Part shown: positions 18,988-29,748 of the stretch, in pieces
How positions within the stretch are numbered: the first letter of the stretch is position 1
Layout of the letters: every line of letters begins with the position of its first letter
Assembly (NCBI GenBank): GCA_017559545.1
Contig: JAFYRK010000002.1
Location: forward strand, 9,202-73,201
Origin: Bacteroidales bacterium
GTDB lineage: Bacteria > Bacteroidota > Bacteroidia > Bacteroidales > UBA932
Reading direction: 5' to 3'
Length of the DNA stretch: 64,000 nt
Program-made: the position numbers and the translations under genes
The notes under the pieces: model-generated
Told to the model about the DNA's origin: nothing
Databases searched by the model: none
What the model saw: only the letters and a program-made list of their open reading frames with translations

Positions 18988-21225
18988 ATGAAAAGACTTT
19001 TCATCTTCACCACTGTTGCCATCCTGCTGAGTTCAGCAGTCATGAGTGGACATACTATAAGACTCACAGACTATGTAAACCCGTTTATAGGAACATCGAA
19101 TTACGGCACGACCAACCCTGGCGCGTTATGCCCTAATGGAATGATGTCCGTAACGCCGTTCAATGTAATGGGTTCGGAGCTGAACCGATTCGACAAGGAC
19201 AGCAGGTGGTGGAGCACACCATATAGTTCTGACAACAAGTATTTTACCGGATTTTCACATGTGAACCTCAGTGGAGTAGGATGCCCGGAAGTTGGTCTTG
19301 CCTTGACAATGCCGACAAGCGGCCCGCTGATAGTGGATTACCATGTGTATGGTTCTGAGTATATCGGCGAGACAGCAGAACCGGGATACTATGGCTGCGA
19401 ACTGCTGGCCCATAACATCAAGGCCGAGGTCAGCGCCACGACACGCACATCAATCGAAAGGTACACTTTCCCTGGCGGTCAGGGCAACATCCTGGTGAAC
19501 TTCGGAGAAGGCCTTACCAACGAGACGGGAGCATGGATTCGCAGGGTCAGCGAAACTGAGATCGAGGGCATGAGGATGGCAGGTACATTCTGCTATAATT
19601 CACAGGCTGTGTTCCCTGTATATTTTGCGGTACGTATCAATAAGGTTCCTTCAAAGGGCGGTTTCTGGAAGTTCCAGCCTCAGATGAAGGGCGTGGAAGG
19701 AGCATGGACCGAAGACGACGGCACATACAAGATCTATCAGCGTTACGGCCGTGAGATTGCAGGTAATGATGTCGGATATTGGTTCTCGTTTGAGACAGCA
19801 GAGGGCGAACAGGTGGAGCTCCAGATGGGAGTATCGTTCGTGAGTTGCGAGAATGCATGGGAGAACCTTGATGATGAGCAGACACGACTTGAGCCCGGCA
19901 TTTCAAACTTTGATGCTATACGTGCAGTCGCCTCTGAGGCTTGGGAGTCAGACCTGTCACGCATAAAGGTGACCGGCGGCACAGATCGCGACAAGGAAGT
20001 TTTCTATACTGCTCTATATCACACACTCATACACCCGAGTGTGCTTAATGACGTGAACGGAGAGTATCCTTTGATGGAAAATGACGGAGTTGGCTGCGTA
20101 CCAGAAGGACAAACGCGATACAGTGTATTCTCACTATGGGATACCTATCGTAACCTGCATCAACTCATGACTCTTATATATCCTGAAAGACAGCTTGACA
20201 TGGTCCGTTCGATGATTTCCATGTATAAGGAATGGGGATGGATGCCAAAGTGGGAACTTTTCGGACGAGAGACTTTCACCATGGAAGGCGATCCTTCAAT
20301 CCCGGTGATCACCGACACATGGCTCAAGGGACTTCGTGACTTCGACATTGAGATCGCATATGAAGCTTTTGTGAAATCTGCTACTACCCCAGGCGCTGAA
20401 AATCTCATGCGTCCTGACATAGATCCGTATCTCGCATCTGGATATGTGCCTCTTGGACAATATTCTGCCGATGCATCCGGAGACAATTCGGTATCGCATG
20501 CTCTTGAATACTATGTCGCCGATCATGCGTTGGCTCTTCTTGCCGCCGACCTCGGCTATTCAGAAGATGCTGAGAGATTCCATGCACAGTCACTGCAGTA
20601 CAAACACTACTACTGCCCATCATTCGGCACACTGAGACCGCTGCAGCAGGATGGCACATTCCTCGAGCCGTTCAATCCTCGACAGGGCGAAAACTTCGAG
20701 GCGGTTCCTGGCTTCCACGAAGGCAGCGCATGGAACTACACATTCTATGTGCCGCACGATGTGCTTGGCCTGGCTGACCTCATGGGCGGTCGCAAGGCTT
20801 TTGTGAACAAGCTCCAGAAGGTATTTGATGAAGGACTATATGACCCCGCTAACGAACCGGATATCGCATATCCATACCTCTTCAGCTACTTCAAGGGCGA
20901 GGAATGGAGGACAGCGAAGATCGTTTCCGATCTTCTTGACAGGCACTACACGACAGCTCCGGCAGGACTTCCTGGCAACGACGATACCGGCACGATGTCG
21001 GCATGGGCTGTATTCTCGATGATGGGCTTTTATCCTGATTGTCCGGGCGATCCGTCATACACACTGACCACCCCTCGCTTCGACCGTATTGAAATCACAC
21101 TTGACCCTTCATACTGTGGCGGCAACGACAAGCTGGTCATTACCAAGAGCAAGAAGATGAAGGGACGCATCAGCCACGCTGACCTCGTCAGCGGCAGCAT
21201 AATACTGCAGCGAGCATCCTTCTGA
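18988..21225 (+). CDS. GH92 alpha-mannosidase
   Basis: Signal peptide, YVNPFIGT, FSHVNLSGVGC, SLWDTYR, EGSAWNY, NEP and PGNDDTGTMSAW. Confidence 0.92.
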   Translation: MKRLFIFTTVAILLSSAVMSGHTIRLTDYVNPFIGTSNYGTTNPGALCPNGMMSVTPFNVMGSELNRFDKDSRWWSTPYSSDNKYFTGFSHVNLSGVGCPEVGLALTMPTSGPLIVDYHVYGSEYIGETAEPGYYGCELLAHNIKAEVSATTRTSIERYTFPGGQGNILVNFGEGLTNETGAWIRRVSETEIEGMRMAGTFCYNSQAVFPVYFAVRINKVPSKGGFWKFQPQMKGVEGAWTEDDGTYKIYQRYGREIAGNDVGYWFSFETAEGEQVELQMGVSFVSCENAWENLDDEQTRLEPGISNFDAIRAVASEAWESDLSRIKVTGGTDRDKEVFYTALYHTLIHPSVLNDVNGEYPLMENDGVGCVPEGQTRYSVFSLWDTYRNLHQLMTLIYPERQLDMVRSMISMYKEWGWMPKWELFGRETFTMEGDPSIPVITDTWLKGLRDFDIEIAYEAFVKSATTPGAENLMRPDIDPYLASGYVPLGQYSADASGDNSVSHALEYYVADHALALLAADLGYSEDAERFHAQSLQYKHYYCPSFGTLRPLQQDGTFLEPFNPRQGENFEAVPGFHEGSAWNYTFYVPHDVLGLADLMGGRKAFVNKLQKVFDEGLYDPANEPDIAYPYLFSYFKGEEWRTAKIVSDLLDRHYTTAPAGLPGNDDTGTMSAWAVFSMMGFYPDCPGDPSYTLTTPRFDRIEITLDPSYCGGNDKLVITKSKKMKGRISHADLVSGSIILQRASF

Positions 21226-21303
21226 CACACAGCCAGTTACCAAATCTCCTTGCTCCCCATTTGCGGCAAGGAGACTCAGTAAAATATTCATAATCAGCAT
21301 TTT

Positions 21304-24300
21304 ATGCGCAACATAAAAACACTACTCGCAGCACTTCTGCTCTTCAGCTGCACGCCAAAAGAAGAAATAACCTGTTACACGGACTACGTCGACCCGAAGA
21401 TCGGGTCGGGTGGACACGGACATGTGTTCGTGGGAGCGAACGTGCCGTTCGGCATGGTGCAGCTTGGACCGACCAGCATACCGCAGGAGTGGGACTGGTG
21501 CTCTGGCTACCATGACAGCGACTCGACAGTGATCGGTTTCTCGCATACCCACCTCAGCGGTACCGGCATCGGAGATCTTTTTGATATCACAGTCATGCCT
21601 GTAATAGGCAACGAAGTGACATACGGCCGTGGTCATGAAGGAGATCCCGATTCGGGACTATGGTCACATGCAGACCGAAGACATGAAGTGGCCAAGCCTG
21701 GATATTATAGTGTCCCTCTGACACGATACGGTATCACCGCGGAGATGACTGCAACCAACCGCGTCGGACTGCACCGTTACACCTTTCCGCAGTCGGAAGA
21801 GGCCGGCATCGTCATCAACATGATGAATGGAGGCTGTTGGGACAGGCCTATGGATGCCCATGTGGAAAGGGTGGATCCTCAGACAGGCGAACCTGACCCA
21901 GAAGGAACAGCGTTGCGAGGCTACAGATTCTCACGTGGTTGGGCTGACGACCAGAAAGTATATTTCTATGCAGAGTTCTCAAAACCATTCAAAGACTTTA
22001 AAGTTCTCAAAGGCGACATCCAGATATGGAAGGATGAGTTCAAGAATATGTCCGCCTTCGCGCATGCATATTTCAACACCGCAAAGGATGAGCAGATCTT
22101 AATGAAGGTAGCTTTGTCGCCGGTGAGCATGCAGGGAGCATATGCGAACATGCAGGCGGAGATGCCGGGTTGGGATTTTGAGGAAACAGTAACAGCTGCT
22201 GACAAGGCATGGAACGAAGAACTTGGAAAGATCAAAGTTGAGGGTGGTGACAAGGAGGCACATAAGATATTCTACACAGCACTTTACCACTCGATGATTG
22301 CCCCTTCTACCTTCTGCGACGTGAATGGAGATTACAGGGGTGCAGACGGCCAGACACACGGAAATCCTGGCCACAACACATATACAACTTTCTCTCTATG
22401 GGACACATACCGTGCTGCCATGCCGCTCTATAGCATCTTCCAGCCTGAGAAGTATGTTGATTTCATAAACACCATGATTGCCATCTATGAGGAGCAGGGC
22501 AAACTTCCCGTATGGCACCTGCATGGCTGCGAGACTAACTGCATGGTCGGCAATCCTGGCATCATCCCGGTAGCCGATGCCATTGTCAAGTGTTTTGAAG
22601 GCATTGACTATGAACAGGCATTCAAGGCCATGAAGGCTTCCGCACTCAGACCGGACAGAGGTCAGGAGTATAGGATGAAATACGGGTATATCCCATATGA
22701 CCTCATGAACGAGTCTGTTGCATATGACCTTGAATATGCATTGGCGGACGGAGCTTTGGCAAACGCTGCCAAAGTGCTTGGAAAGGAGGAGGAGTATCAG
22801 CATTTCCTCAACAGGAGCAAGTCATATATAGACCTGTTTGACAATGAGGCAGGGTTCATCAGAGGCAAAGACAGCAGAGGCAGGTTTCGCAAGGAATATA
22901 GTCCGTTCGCATCGGCACACCGTGCTGATGACTACTGCGAGGGTAACGGCTGGCAGTACACATGGCTGGTGCCACATGACTTCAGAGGCCTGGTCAGCTG
23001 TTTCGGCAGCAAGAAGGCTTTCCTTGATAAGCTCGACTCTCTCTTCATCGTGTCTTCAGCCATCGAGGGCACAGACTCATCACCGGACATCTCAGGACTC
23101 ATCGGACAGTATGCCCATGGCAATGAGCCAAGCCACCATATCCTCTATTTCTATACTATGGCAGGCCAGCCTTGGAAGACAGCAGACAAGGTGCATGAGG
23201 TGCTCAGCACGCTTTATAGCGCACAGCCTGACGGCCTTTCCGGCAATGAAGACGTAGGTCAGATGTCATCATGGTACATCCTATCTTCGCTCGGATTCTA
23301 CGAAGTCGAGCCGGCTTCGGGACGTTATTGGTTCGGAACACCGCTCTTCGACAAGGCTGAGATTGAGGTTGCCGGAGGCACATTCAGAATCATAGCAGAA
23401 GACAATAGCACAGAAAACCACTATATCCAGAGCATAACACTCAACGGCAAGGCATACACCAAAGGATATATCGAGCATAAGGACATCATGGCCGGCGGAG
23501 AGCTCGTCATCAGGATGGGGTCGGAGCCTAAGGTGTGGTATTGCGCGAATGAGCCTGAAGAGTATGAGGATCAGCGTCCGCTTCCCGAGGATCGCCTTTT
23601 CGTTTCCAAGTCAGTGGAGGCAGAAATCAGGAAGGTGACAGCTATGCTGGAGAATCCACGTCTGAAGTGGATGTTTGCAAACTGCTATCCTAATACGCTC
23701 GACACTACCATCCATTATGATGAAGATGAGAACGGACTTCCTGATACATATGTATTTACAGGAGATATCCCGGCCATGTGGCTGCGCGACTCTGGAGCGC
23801 AGGTATGGCCATATGTCCGCTATGTGAACGAGGACCCTCAGTTGAAGAAGATGATTGCCGGAGTGATCCGAAGGCAGTTCAAATGCATCTGCATAGATCC
23901 ATACGCGAATGCGTTCAATGTTGAGCCGGTAGGCGCTGCGAACGACACTGACTGGCCTGCTGCAAACCCATATGTATTCGAAAGGAAATGGGAATTGGAC
24001 TCACACTGCTACCCTATCCGCCTTGCTTATGAATATTGGAAGGAATCGGGAGACGACTCCATCTTCGACTCCACATGGCATGAGGCCATCACTAAGATGG
24101 TTACAGTGATGAAGGAGCAGCAGCGCAAGGATGGACCAGGAAGATACAGGTTCCTTCGCATCACCGATAGGCAGCTGGATACCAAATGCGTTGTGGGCAA
24201 AGGCAATCCTGTCAATCCTGTAGGCCTCATAGCATCGGCCTTCCGTCCATCTGACGACGCCACTACATTTGAGTTCCTCGTTCCATCCAACTTCATGGCC

Positions 24301-24903
24301 GTAACCTCATTACGCAAGGCTGCAGAGATACTTTCGGAAGTCAACAATGATTCTGAGTTGGCAAAAGACTGCCTCGCGCTGGCCTCTGAAGTGGAGAAAG
24401 CATTGAAGGAATATGCCGTTTATAACCACCCTGAATTCGGCAAGATATACGCATACGAGGTAGACGGTTTCGGAAGCATGTTCCTGATGGATGATGCAAA
24501 TGTACCGTCGCTTCTGGCCATGAGCTACCTCGGAGATGTACCGGCCAATGATCCCGTATATATGAACACACGCCGCTTTGTATGGAGTGAAGCCAATCCT
24601 TATTTCCACCGCGGAGCTGCGGGAGAGGGCATCGGAGGACCGCACATCATGTCGGATGTGATCTGGCCTATGAGCATCATGATGAAGGCGTTCACGTCGG
24701 ACGACGATGATGAGATCCGCGACTGCATCTGTCAGCTGATGACTACCGATGCGGGTACTGGATTCATGCATGAGTCGTTCTACAGACACGACAGCGAGAT
24801 ATTCACAAGGGATTGGTTCGCATGGCAGAACACCCTCTTCGGAGAACTGATCCTGAAAATCATAGATGACGGCAGACTAGAAGTATTAAATAGTATTATA
24901 TAA
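21304..24903 (+). CDS. GH92-GH125 fusion alpha-mannosidase lipoprotein
   Basis: Lipobox LLLFSC. GH92 motifs SLWDTYR, EGNGWQY, HGNEP, GNEDVGQMS. GH125 motifs NTLDTT, PAMWLRDS, FERKWELDS, DDANVPSLL, FTRDWFAWQN follow in the same frame. Confidence 0.9.
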   Translation: MRNIKTLLAALLLFSCTPKEEITCYTDYVDPKIGSGGHGHVFVGANVPFGMVQLGPTSIPQEWDWCSGYHDSDSTVIGFSHTHLSGTGIGDLFDITVMPVIGNEVTYGRGHEGDPDSGLWSHADRRHEVAKPGYYSVPLTRYGITAEMTATNRVGLHRYTFPQSEEAGIVINMMNGGCWDRPMDAHVERVDPQTGEPDPEGTALRGYRFSRGWADDQKVYFYAEFSKPFKDFKVLKGDIQIWKDEFKNMSAFAHAYFNTAKDEQILMKVALSPVSMQGAYANMQAEMPGWDFEETVTAADKAWNEELGKIKVEGGDKEAHKIFYTALYHSMIAPSTFCDVNGDYRGADGQTHGNPGHNTYTTFSLWDTYRAAMPLYSIFQPEKYVDFINTMIAIYEEQGKLPVWHLHGCETNCMVGNPGIIPVADAIVKCFEGIDYEQAFKAMKASALRPDRGQEYRMKYGYIPYDLMNESVAYDLEYALADGALANAAKVLGKEEEYQHFLNRSKSYIDLFDNEAGFIRGKDSRGRFRKEYSPFASAHRADDYCEGNGWQYTWLVPHDFRGLVSCFGSKKAFLDKLDSLFIVSSAIEGTDSSPDISGLIGQYAHGNEPSHHILYFYTMAGQPWKTADKVHEVLSTLYSAQPDGLSGNEDVGQMSSWYILSSLGFYEVEPASGRYWFGTPLFDKAEIEVAGGTFRIIAEDNSTENHYIQSITLNGKAYTKGYIEHKDIMAGGELVIRMGSEPKVWYCANEPEEYEDQRPLPEDRLFVSKSVEAEIRKVTAMLENPRLKWMFANCYPNTLDTTIHYDEDENGLPDTYVFTGDIPAMWLRDSGAQVWPYVRYVNEDPQLKKMIAGVIRRQFKCICIDPYANAFNVEPVGAANDTDWPAANPYVFERKWELDSHCYPIRLAYEYWKESGDDSIFDSTWHEAITKMVTVMKEQQRKDGPGRYRFLRITDRQLDTKCVVGKGNPVNPVGLIASAFRPSDDATTFEFLVPSNFMAVTSLRKAAEILSEVNNDSELAKDCLALASEVEKALKEYAVYNHPEFGKIYAYEVDGFGSMFLMDDANVPSLLAMSYLGDVPANDPVYMNTRRFVWSEANPYFHRGAAGEGIGGPHIMSDVIWPMSIMMKAFTSDDDDEIRDCICQLMTTDAGTGFMHESFYRHDSEIFTRDWFAWQNTLFGELILKIIDDGRLEVLNSII

Positions 24904-24904
24904 A

Positions 24905-25095
24905 AGATTGCCACGTCGGACTACGTCCTCCTCGCAATGACGTGGAAACGATGACATAAGAGAGAACACTCCTCGCAATGACGTGGAAGCGATGACATAA
25001 GAGAGAACACCCCTTGCAATGACGTGGAAACAATATGAGTTACAACACGGTACGTAATACGTCATTGCGAGGCACTGAAAGTGCCGTGGCAATCT
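24905..25095. repeat. CGTC-type palindromic repeat (family B) copy 1, with internal 41-bp tandem repeats
   Basis: AGATTGCCACG..CTCGCAATGACG ... CGTCATTGCGAG..CGTGGCAATCT. The internal unit starts at 24928, 24969 and 25010. Confidence 0.85.
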
Positions 25096-25111
25096 GTAAA
25101 CTGACAATATT

Positions 25112-27352
25112 ATGAAAACAATAAGACCTATTATAGCAGCATTGGTGCTGCTGGCAGGTTGCAGCAGACCGGTAGAGATGGTTACAGAGCCGGTGGATTA
25201 TGTTTCCACATTGACTGGAACACTCTCCCACCACGCCTTCTCCACAGGCAACACATACCCGGCTGTAGCACTGCCATGGGGAATGAATTTCTGGACTCCG
25301 CAGGGAGGAAGGATGGGTGACGGATGGGCATACAGATATGACCAGAACTGGATCCGTGGCTTCAAGCAGACCCACCAGCCGTCACCATGGATCAATGACT
25401 ATGGACAGTTCGCCATCATGCCGGTTCGCGATGCCTCACATGTAGATGAGAACGCACGCGCCAGCTACTTCTCACACAAGAGCGAGACTGCCAAGCCTTA
25501 TTACTACCAGGTTTACCTTGCAGACCACGACATCAATGTCGAGCTTTCCCCTACCGAGCGTGCTGCCATCTTTGAGTTTACGTTCCCGGAAAGTGAGAGT
25601 TCCGGAGTTGTAATCGATGCTTTTGACAACGGCTCATACATACAGGTAATACCAGAAAAGAACGCCATAGTCGGATACACAACCAAGAACAGCGGAGGCG
25701 CTCCTGATAATTTCAAGAACTGGTTTGTGCTGCAGTTTGACAAGGACCTCGAAAGCTGGACGCTTTACGACGGTCCAGACAAACCATTGAAGGAGGCTGA
25801 CGAGTTCAAAGGCAATCGTGTGTTGTCATCAGTCAGTTTCAAGACTGAGCGTGGCGAGAAGGTCAGGGTAAAGGCTGCATCATCATTCATTTCACTTGAG
25901 CAGGCATGGATCAACTTCAAGGAGGTTGAAGGCCACACTTTGGAGGAGATCAAGGAGGCCGGAAGAGACCGTTGGAACGAAGTGCTCGGTCAGATTGAGG
26001 TCGGAGGCGGAAGCGAAGAGCAGTACCGCACATTCTACTCATGTCTATACAGAGCGACGCTTTTCCCTCGTAAATTCTATGAGATCTCGCCGGAAGGCAA
26101 TCCTGTTCACTACAGCCCATACAACGGACAGGTCTGCGAAGGGTATCTCTATACGGATACTGGATTCTGGGACACATTCCGTGCGCTCTTCCCTCTGCTG
26201 AATCTTGTTTATCCTTCTGTGAATGAGGAAATTCAGCAGGGGCTTGCAAACATAGCGCGCGAGAACGAATTCCTCCCTGAATGGGCCAGTCCAGGACACA
26301 GAGGCTGCATGGTCGGCAACAATTCGGCTTCTGTAGTGGCAGATGCTATTTTGAAAGGCATCACTCCAAAGGAAGAGTGGCAGACTCTTTATGACTGCAT
26401 CGTATACGGCACCGAGCATGTCCACCCTACAGTAAGTTCTACAGGCCGACTCGGACATGAATATTACAACACCATCGGATATATCCCATACAACGTAGGT
26501 ATACATGAGAACGTAGCCCGTACCCTTGAATATGCCTACAATGACTGGTGCATCCTCCAGCTTGCAAAGAAGCTAGGCCGCCCGCAGGAAGAGCTGGAGA
26601 AATGGGAAACGCGTTCAAACAACTGGAAGAACGTTTTTGACCCTTCACATAACTTGATGCGTGGCCGCAATCTTGACGGCACATTCCAGGAACCGTTCAG
26701 TCCGTATAAATGGGGCGGCGCATTCACAGAGGGCAATGCATGGCACTACACATGGTCGGTATTCCACGATGTGGATGGTCTGATGGAAGCCATGGGCGGC
26801 CGTGACGGATTCGCGACAATGCTTGACTCTGTCTTTGTCGTTCCGCCTGTTTATGATGACAGCTATTACGGTTACCGAATCCATGAAATCACTGAAATGC
26901 AGGTTGCGGACATGGGTAATTATGCTCACGGCAACCAGCCAGCCCAACATATGATCTATCTTTACAATTGGGCAGGTCAGCCTTGGAAGACTCAGAAATG
27001 GGTACGAGAGGTAATGGACAGACTTTACAGCGCAACACCTGACGGATATTGCGGCGACGAGGACAATGGACAGACATCTGCATGGTACGTGTTCTCTGCA
27101 TTGGGTTTCTACCCTGTATGTCCATGTTCGGACGAATATGCGGTGGGTGCTCCTCTGTTCAGGAAGGCCATCGTACATTTGGAGAATGGCCAGGAGCTTG
27201 AGATAAATGCACCAGCAAACAGCCAGCAGAACCGATATGTGCACAGCTTGAAGGTCAACTGTACAGATTGGAAGGAAAGTTTCCTCAAGCATAAGCATCT
27301 CACATCCGGAGCCATCATCGACTTTGAAATGACAGAAAATCCAAAACTTTAA
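25112..27352 (+). CDS. GH92 alpha-1,2-mannosidase-like lipoprotein
   Basis: Lipobox LLAGC, GNTYPAV, THQPSPWINDYG, FWDTFR, TEGNAW, HGNQP and GDEDNGQTSAW. Confidence 0.92.
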   Translation: MKTIRPIIAALVLLAGCSRPVEMVTEPVDYVSTLTGTLSHHAFSTGNTYPAVALPWGMNFWTPQGGRMGDGWAYRYDQNWIRGFKQTHQPSPWINDYGQFAIMPVRDASHVDENARASYFSHKSETAKPYYYQVYLADHDINVELSPTERAAIFEFTFPESESSGVVIDAFDNGSYIQVIPEKNAIVGYTTKNSGGAPDNFKNWFVLQFDKDLESWTLYDGPDKPLKEADEFKGNRVLSSVSFKTERGEKVRVKAASSFISLEQAWINFKEVEGHTLEEIKEAGRDRWNEVLGQIEVGGGSEEQYRTFYSCLYRATLFPRKFYEISPEGNPVHYSPYNGQVCEGYLYTDTGFWDTFRALFPLLNLVYPSVNEEIQQGLANIARENEFLPEWASPGHRGCMVGNNSASVVADAILKGITPKEEWQTLYDCIVYGTEHVHPTVSSTGRLGHEYYNTIGYIPYNVGIHENVARTLEYAYNDWCILQLAKKLGRPQEELEKWETRSNNWKNVFDPSHNLMRGRNLDGTFQEPFSPYKWGGAFTEGNAWHYTWSVFHDVDGLMEAMGGRDGFATMLDSVFVVPPVYDDSYYGYRIHEITEMQVADMGNYAHGNQPAQHMIYLYNWAGQPWKTQKWVREVMDRLYSATPDGYCGDEDNGQTSAWYVFSALGFYPVCPCSDEYAVGAPLFRKAIVHLENGQELEINAPANSQQNRYVHSLKVNCTDWKESFLKHKHLTSGAIIDFEMTENPKL

Positions 27353-27388
27353 CTATCTTCGTAAAACTAACCGCACTATAAAACTATA

Positions 27389-28492
27389 ATGATCAACTAC
27401 AGTACCGATCCACGCATCATCCTTACTCTTGATACAGGTGGAACCAACATGGTCTTCGGAGCCATGCAGAGAGGCGAATTCATCGTTGAGCCTCTCACTC
27501 TTCCAGCACATGCAGATAACCTTGATGTCTGTCTCCAGACTATGGTGGACGGATTCAGAGCCATTATAGACCAGCTTGACGAAAGGCCTGCTGCGATCAG
27601 TTTTGCATTCCCTGGACCTGCTGACTACCCTAACGGCATCATCGGAGGCCAGTTGCTCAACTTCCCGGCATTCAGGGAGGGAGTAGCGCTTGGACCTTAT
27701 CTCAAGAAAAAGTTCAGCATGCCGGTTTACATCAACAACGACGGTGACCTTTACGCTTACGGAGAGGCGCTCGGAGGCCTGCTTCCGGAAATAAACGAGC
27801 TGCTGGAGGATTATGGGAACAGAAAGAAATACAAGAACATTGTCGGATTCACGCTCGGAACAGGACTCGGTATCGGCATTGTGGCAAATGGAGAATTGAA
27901 CAGGGGTGACAACTCATGTATCGAAATGTTCAGTATTCCTCTAAAAGGACAGCCAGGCGTAATCGCCGAGGATGGAATTTCCATCAGAGCCGTCAAGAGA
28001 ATATACGGTGAACTATGCGGCAATCCTGACCATGGACTATCGCCAAAGGATATCTATGAGATTGCGGAAGGTTTACAGGAAGGTGACATGGAAGCAGCAA
28101 AGGGCACATTCGCACAGTTGGGCTCAGCTTTGGGAGATGTAATAGCCATGACGGTATCTATCATTGACGGCTTGGTGGTCATCGGTGGTGGACTTGCAGG
28201 AGCATACAAGTACATCAAGCCTGCAATGCTTGAGTCTGTCAGGGGCAAGATGAAGCGTCTCAACGGGGAGGAGATCAGCAAGCTTGCCAGCAAGGTATAC
28301 GACTTGGATGACCCTGAAGAACTTAAGCAGTTCATCAAGGGAGAACAGCGCCAGCTCAAGATATACAACAGTGAGATCGAGGTCACATACGACCCTCAGA
28401 AGCGCATAGGCATCGCCCTGTCAAAGATCGGAGCCAACAAGGCCGTCTCACTCGGAGCCTACACCTTCGCCCTCCATCAGCTCAGCAGATAA
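27389..28492 (+). CDS. ROK family sugar kinase
   Basis: LDTGGTN, FAFPGP, INNDGD and FTLGTGLG motifs. Confidence 0.88.
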   Translation: MINYSTDPRIILTLDTGGTNMVFGAMQRGEFIVEPLTLPAHADNLDVCLQTMVDGFRAIIDQLDERPAAISFAFPGPADYPNGIIGGQLLNFPAFREGVALGPYLKKKFSMPVYINNDGDLYAYGEALGGLLPEINELLEDYGNRKKYKNIVGFTLGTGLGIGIVANGELNRGDNSCIEMFSIPLKGQPGVIAEDGISIRAVKRIYGELCGNPDHGLSPKDIYEIAEGLQEGDMEAAKGTFAQLGSALGDVIAMTVSIIDGLVVIGGGLAGAYKYIKPAMLESVRGKMKRLNGEEISKLASKVYDLDDPEELKQFIKGEQRQLKIYNSEIEVTYDPQKRIGIALSKIGANKAVSLGAYTFALHQLSR

Positions 28493-28520
28493 CTACTTCC
28501 CATTTCGGGTGACAAAATAT

Positions 28521-28630
28521 CATCGTCTCGGAAAAATCACGTTGAATTTCCGAGACGATGTTCATTTTTGCGTGTTTCACCCTGTTTTCGGGCATCGTCT
28601 CCGAAAAACAAGGACATTTTTCAGAGACGA
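28521..28630. repeat. REP-like hairpin doublet (family A), 3' flank of RAYT
   Basis: CATCGTCTCGGAAA..TTTCCGAGACGATG (28521-28560) and CATCGTCTCCGAAAAA..TTTTTCAGAGACGA (28593-28630). Confidence 0.85.
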
Positions 28631-28633
28631 CAA

Positions 28634-29554
28634 TCAACGGTCCACCAGCAATCTACCGGCAAGACATCTGTTAATCTGGTCCTGTGAAACACGATAACTG
28701 TTATAAATGTACCTTGCGACCCTCTCTATTTCCCCTTGTGGTATCTCATAAACAGAACTCTCTCCTAACATCTTATCGACAATGCCACAAAGACGAATAT
28801 CATTCATCGCATTGTAGTTCGCTCTTCCATGTTCATTTCCCAGCATTGTCTTCAGGTCCTGACACTTTATGGAACTCTCTATCTGTTCAATAGTAACAGG
28901 TGGCATGTTGACTGCATCCTGCAACTGTTCCTTCTCCCATGCCTCTCCGGAAAGTCTGTTCATATAGTATAAGAAAGTTCGGGCTGTAGAAAACTGATGC
29001 TCGACATCTGAGACATCGATTACACTTTGCGGAAGAATCAGTCCAGAAGCGCCCATCTTATATCCTTCCGGCAAGGAGTCATTGCCTGGAAGATAGAGAT
29101 ACTGTGATTTCTTCGGCATCAATTCCGGTTCATCAAAATAGCCAAGATCCTCACGAAACAGTGCACTGATAGAGGAGTATCGGTACCCGAACGGAGTTGC
29201 GGACACACCGTGATGAAGAGCATTTCTCAATATATATGATATCATGGCAAGACGATGATACAGACCGTCAATCTCACATATAAAGAAATGTTTCTCTCCT
29301 AGCATCCCTTTCCTGCCATATTTTTGATTGAAATATCTATTATAGGGATAACGAAAGGACTTCATGAAGGCGTGTGGATCCTCTGTCCTTACACCTATAT
29401 GAGCATGATTGGACATTATGCTATAGGCCAATAGCGAGGAGTCCGTTTTATGAACTGCAAGACACAGACAATTATTTGCATGGATATAATCTCTGTCATG
29501 GCGACACATCACTTCATTGCCGCCGGACAAGCATAAATGATAGGTCTTTTTCAT
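28634..29554 (-). CDS. REP-associated tyrosine transposase (RAYT, HUH Y1 family) with C-terminal extension
   Basis: TYHLCL, HUH motif MSNHAH, YFNQKYGRKG, YILRNALHHG (catalytic Tyr) and YRYSS. Likely start is ATG 29554. Flanked by palindromes on both sides. Confidence 0.85.
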   Translation of the reverse strand: MKKTYHLCLSGGNEVMCRHDRDYIHANNCLCLAVHKTDSSLLAYSIMSNHAHIGVRTEDPHAFMKSFRYPYNRYFNQKYGRKGMLGEKHFFICEIDGLYHRLAMISYILRNALHHGVSATPFGYRYSSISALFREDLGYFDEPELMPKKSQYLYLPGNDSLPEGYKMGASGLILPQSVIDVSDVEHQFSTARTFLYYMNRLSGEAWEKEQLQDAVNMPPVTIEQIESSIKCQDLKTMLGNEHGRANYNAMNDIRLCGIVDKMLGESSVYEIPQGEIERVARYIYNSYRVSQDQINRCLAGRLLVDR

Positions 29555-29634
29555 TTTTGCTCCTAATCTATGCTTATATTTCAGTTCTCTGTTAAAAAAA
29601 GAGAAAAATATTTTTTTAAAGCTTTGTTGTTTTT

Positions 29635-29746
29635 CATCGTCTGCAAAAAACAACAGCATTTTTCTGAGACGATGGCCATATTTGGCACAAAGTGGAGCAA
29701 AACAATAATCGTCTCGGAAAAGCAGTGCGGTTTTTCCAAGACGATT
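29635..29746. repeat. REP-like hairpin doublet (family A), 5' flank of RAYT
   Basis: CATCGTCTGCAAAAAA..TTTTTCTGAGACGATG (29635-29674) and AATCGTCTCGGAAAA..TTTTTCCAAGACGATT (29707-29746). Confidence 0.85.
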
Positions 29747-29748
29747 TT

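Noticed and set aside
24928-25030. Possible CRISPR array (also 37520-37630)
   Set aside because: The units are head-to-tail tandem copies without unique spacers, there are only 2-3 copies, and no cas genes are present.
28634-29659. IS200/IS605 insertion sequence and the longer 341-aa start
   Set aside because: There is no tnpB, and the protein length and REP-like doublets fit RAYT better. The extra N-terminal 35 aa run through AT-rich and repeat DNA.
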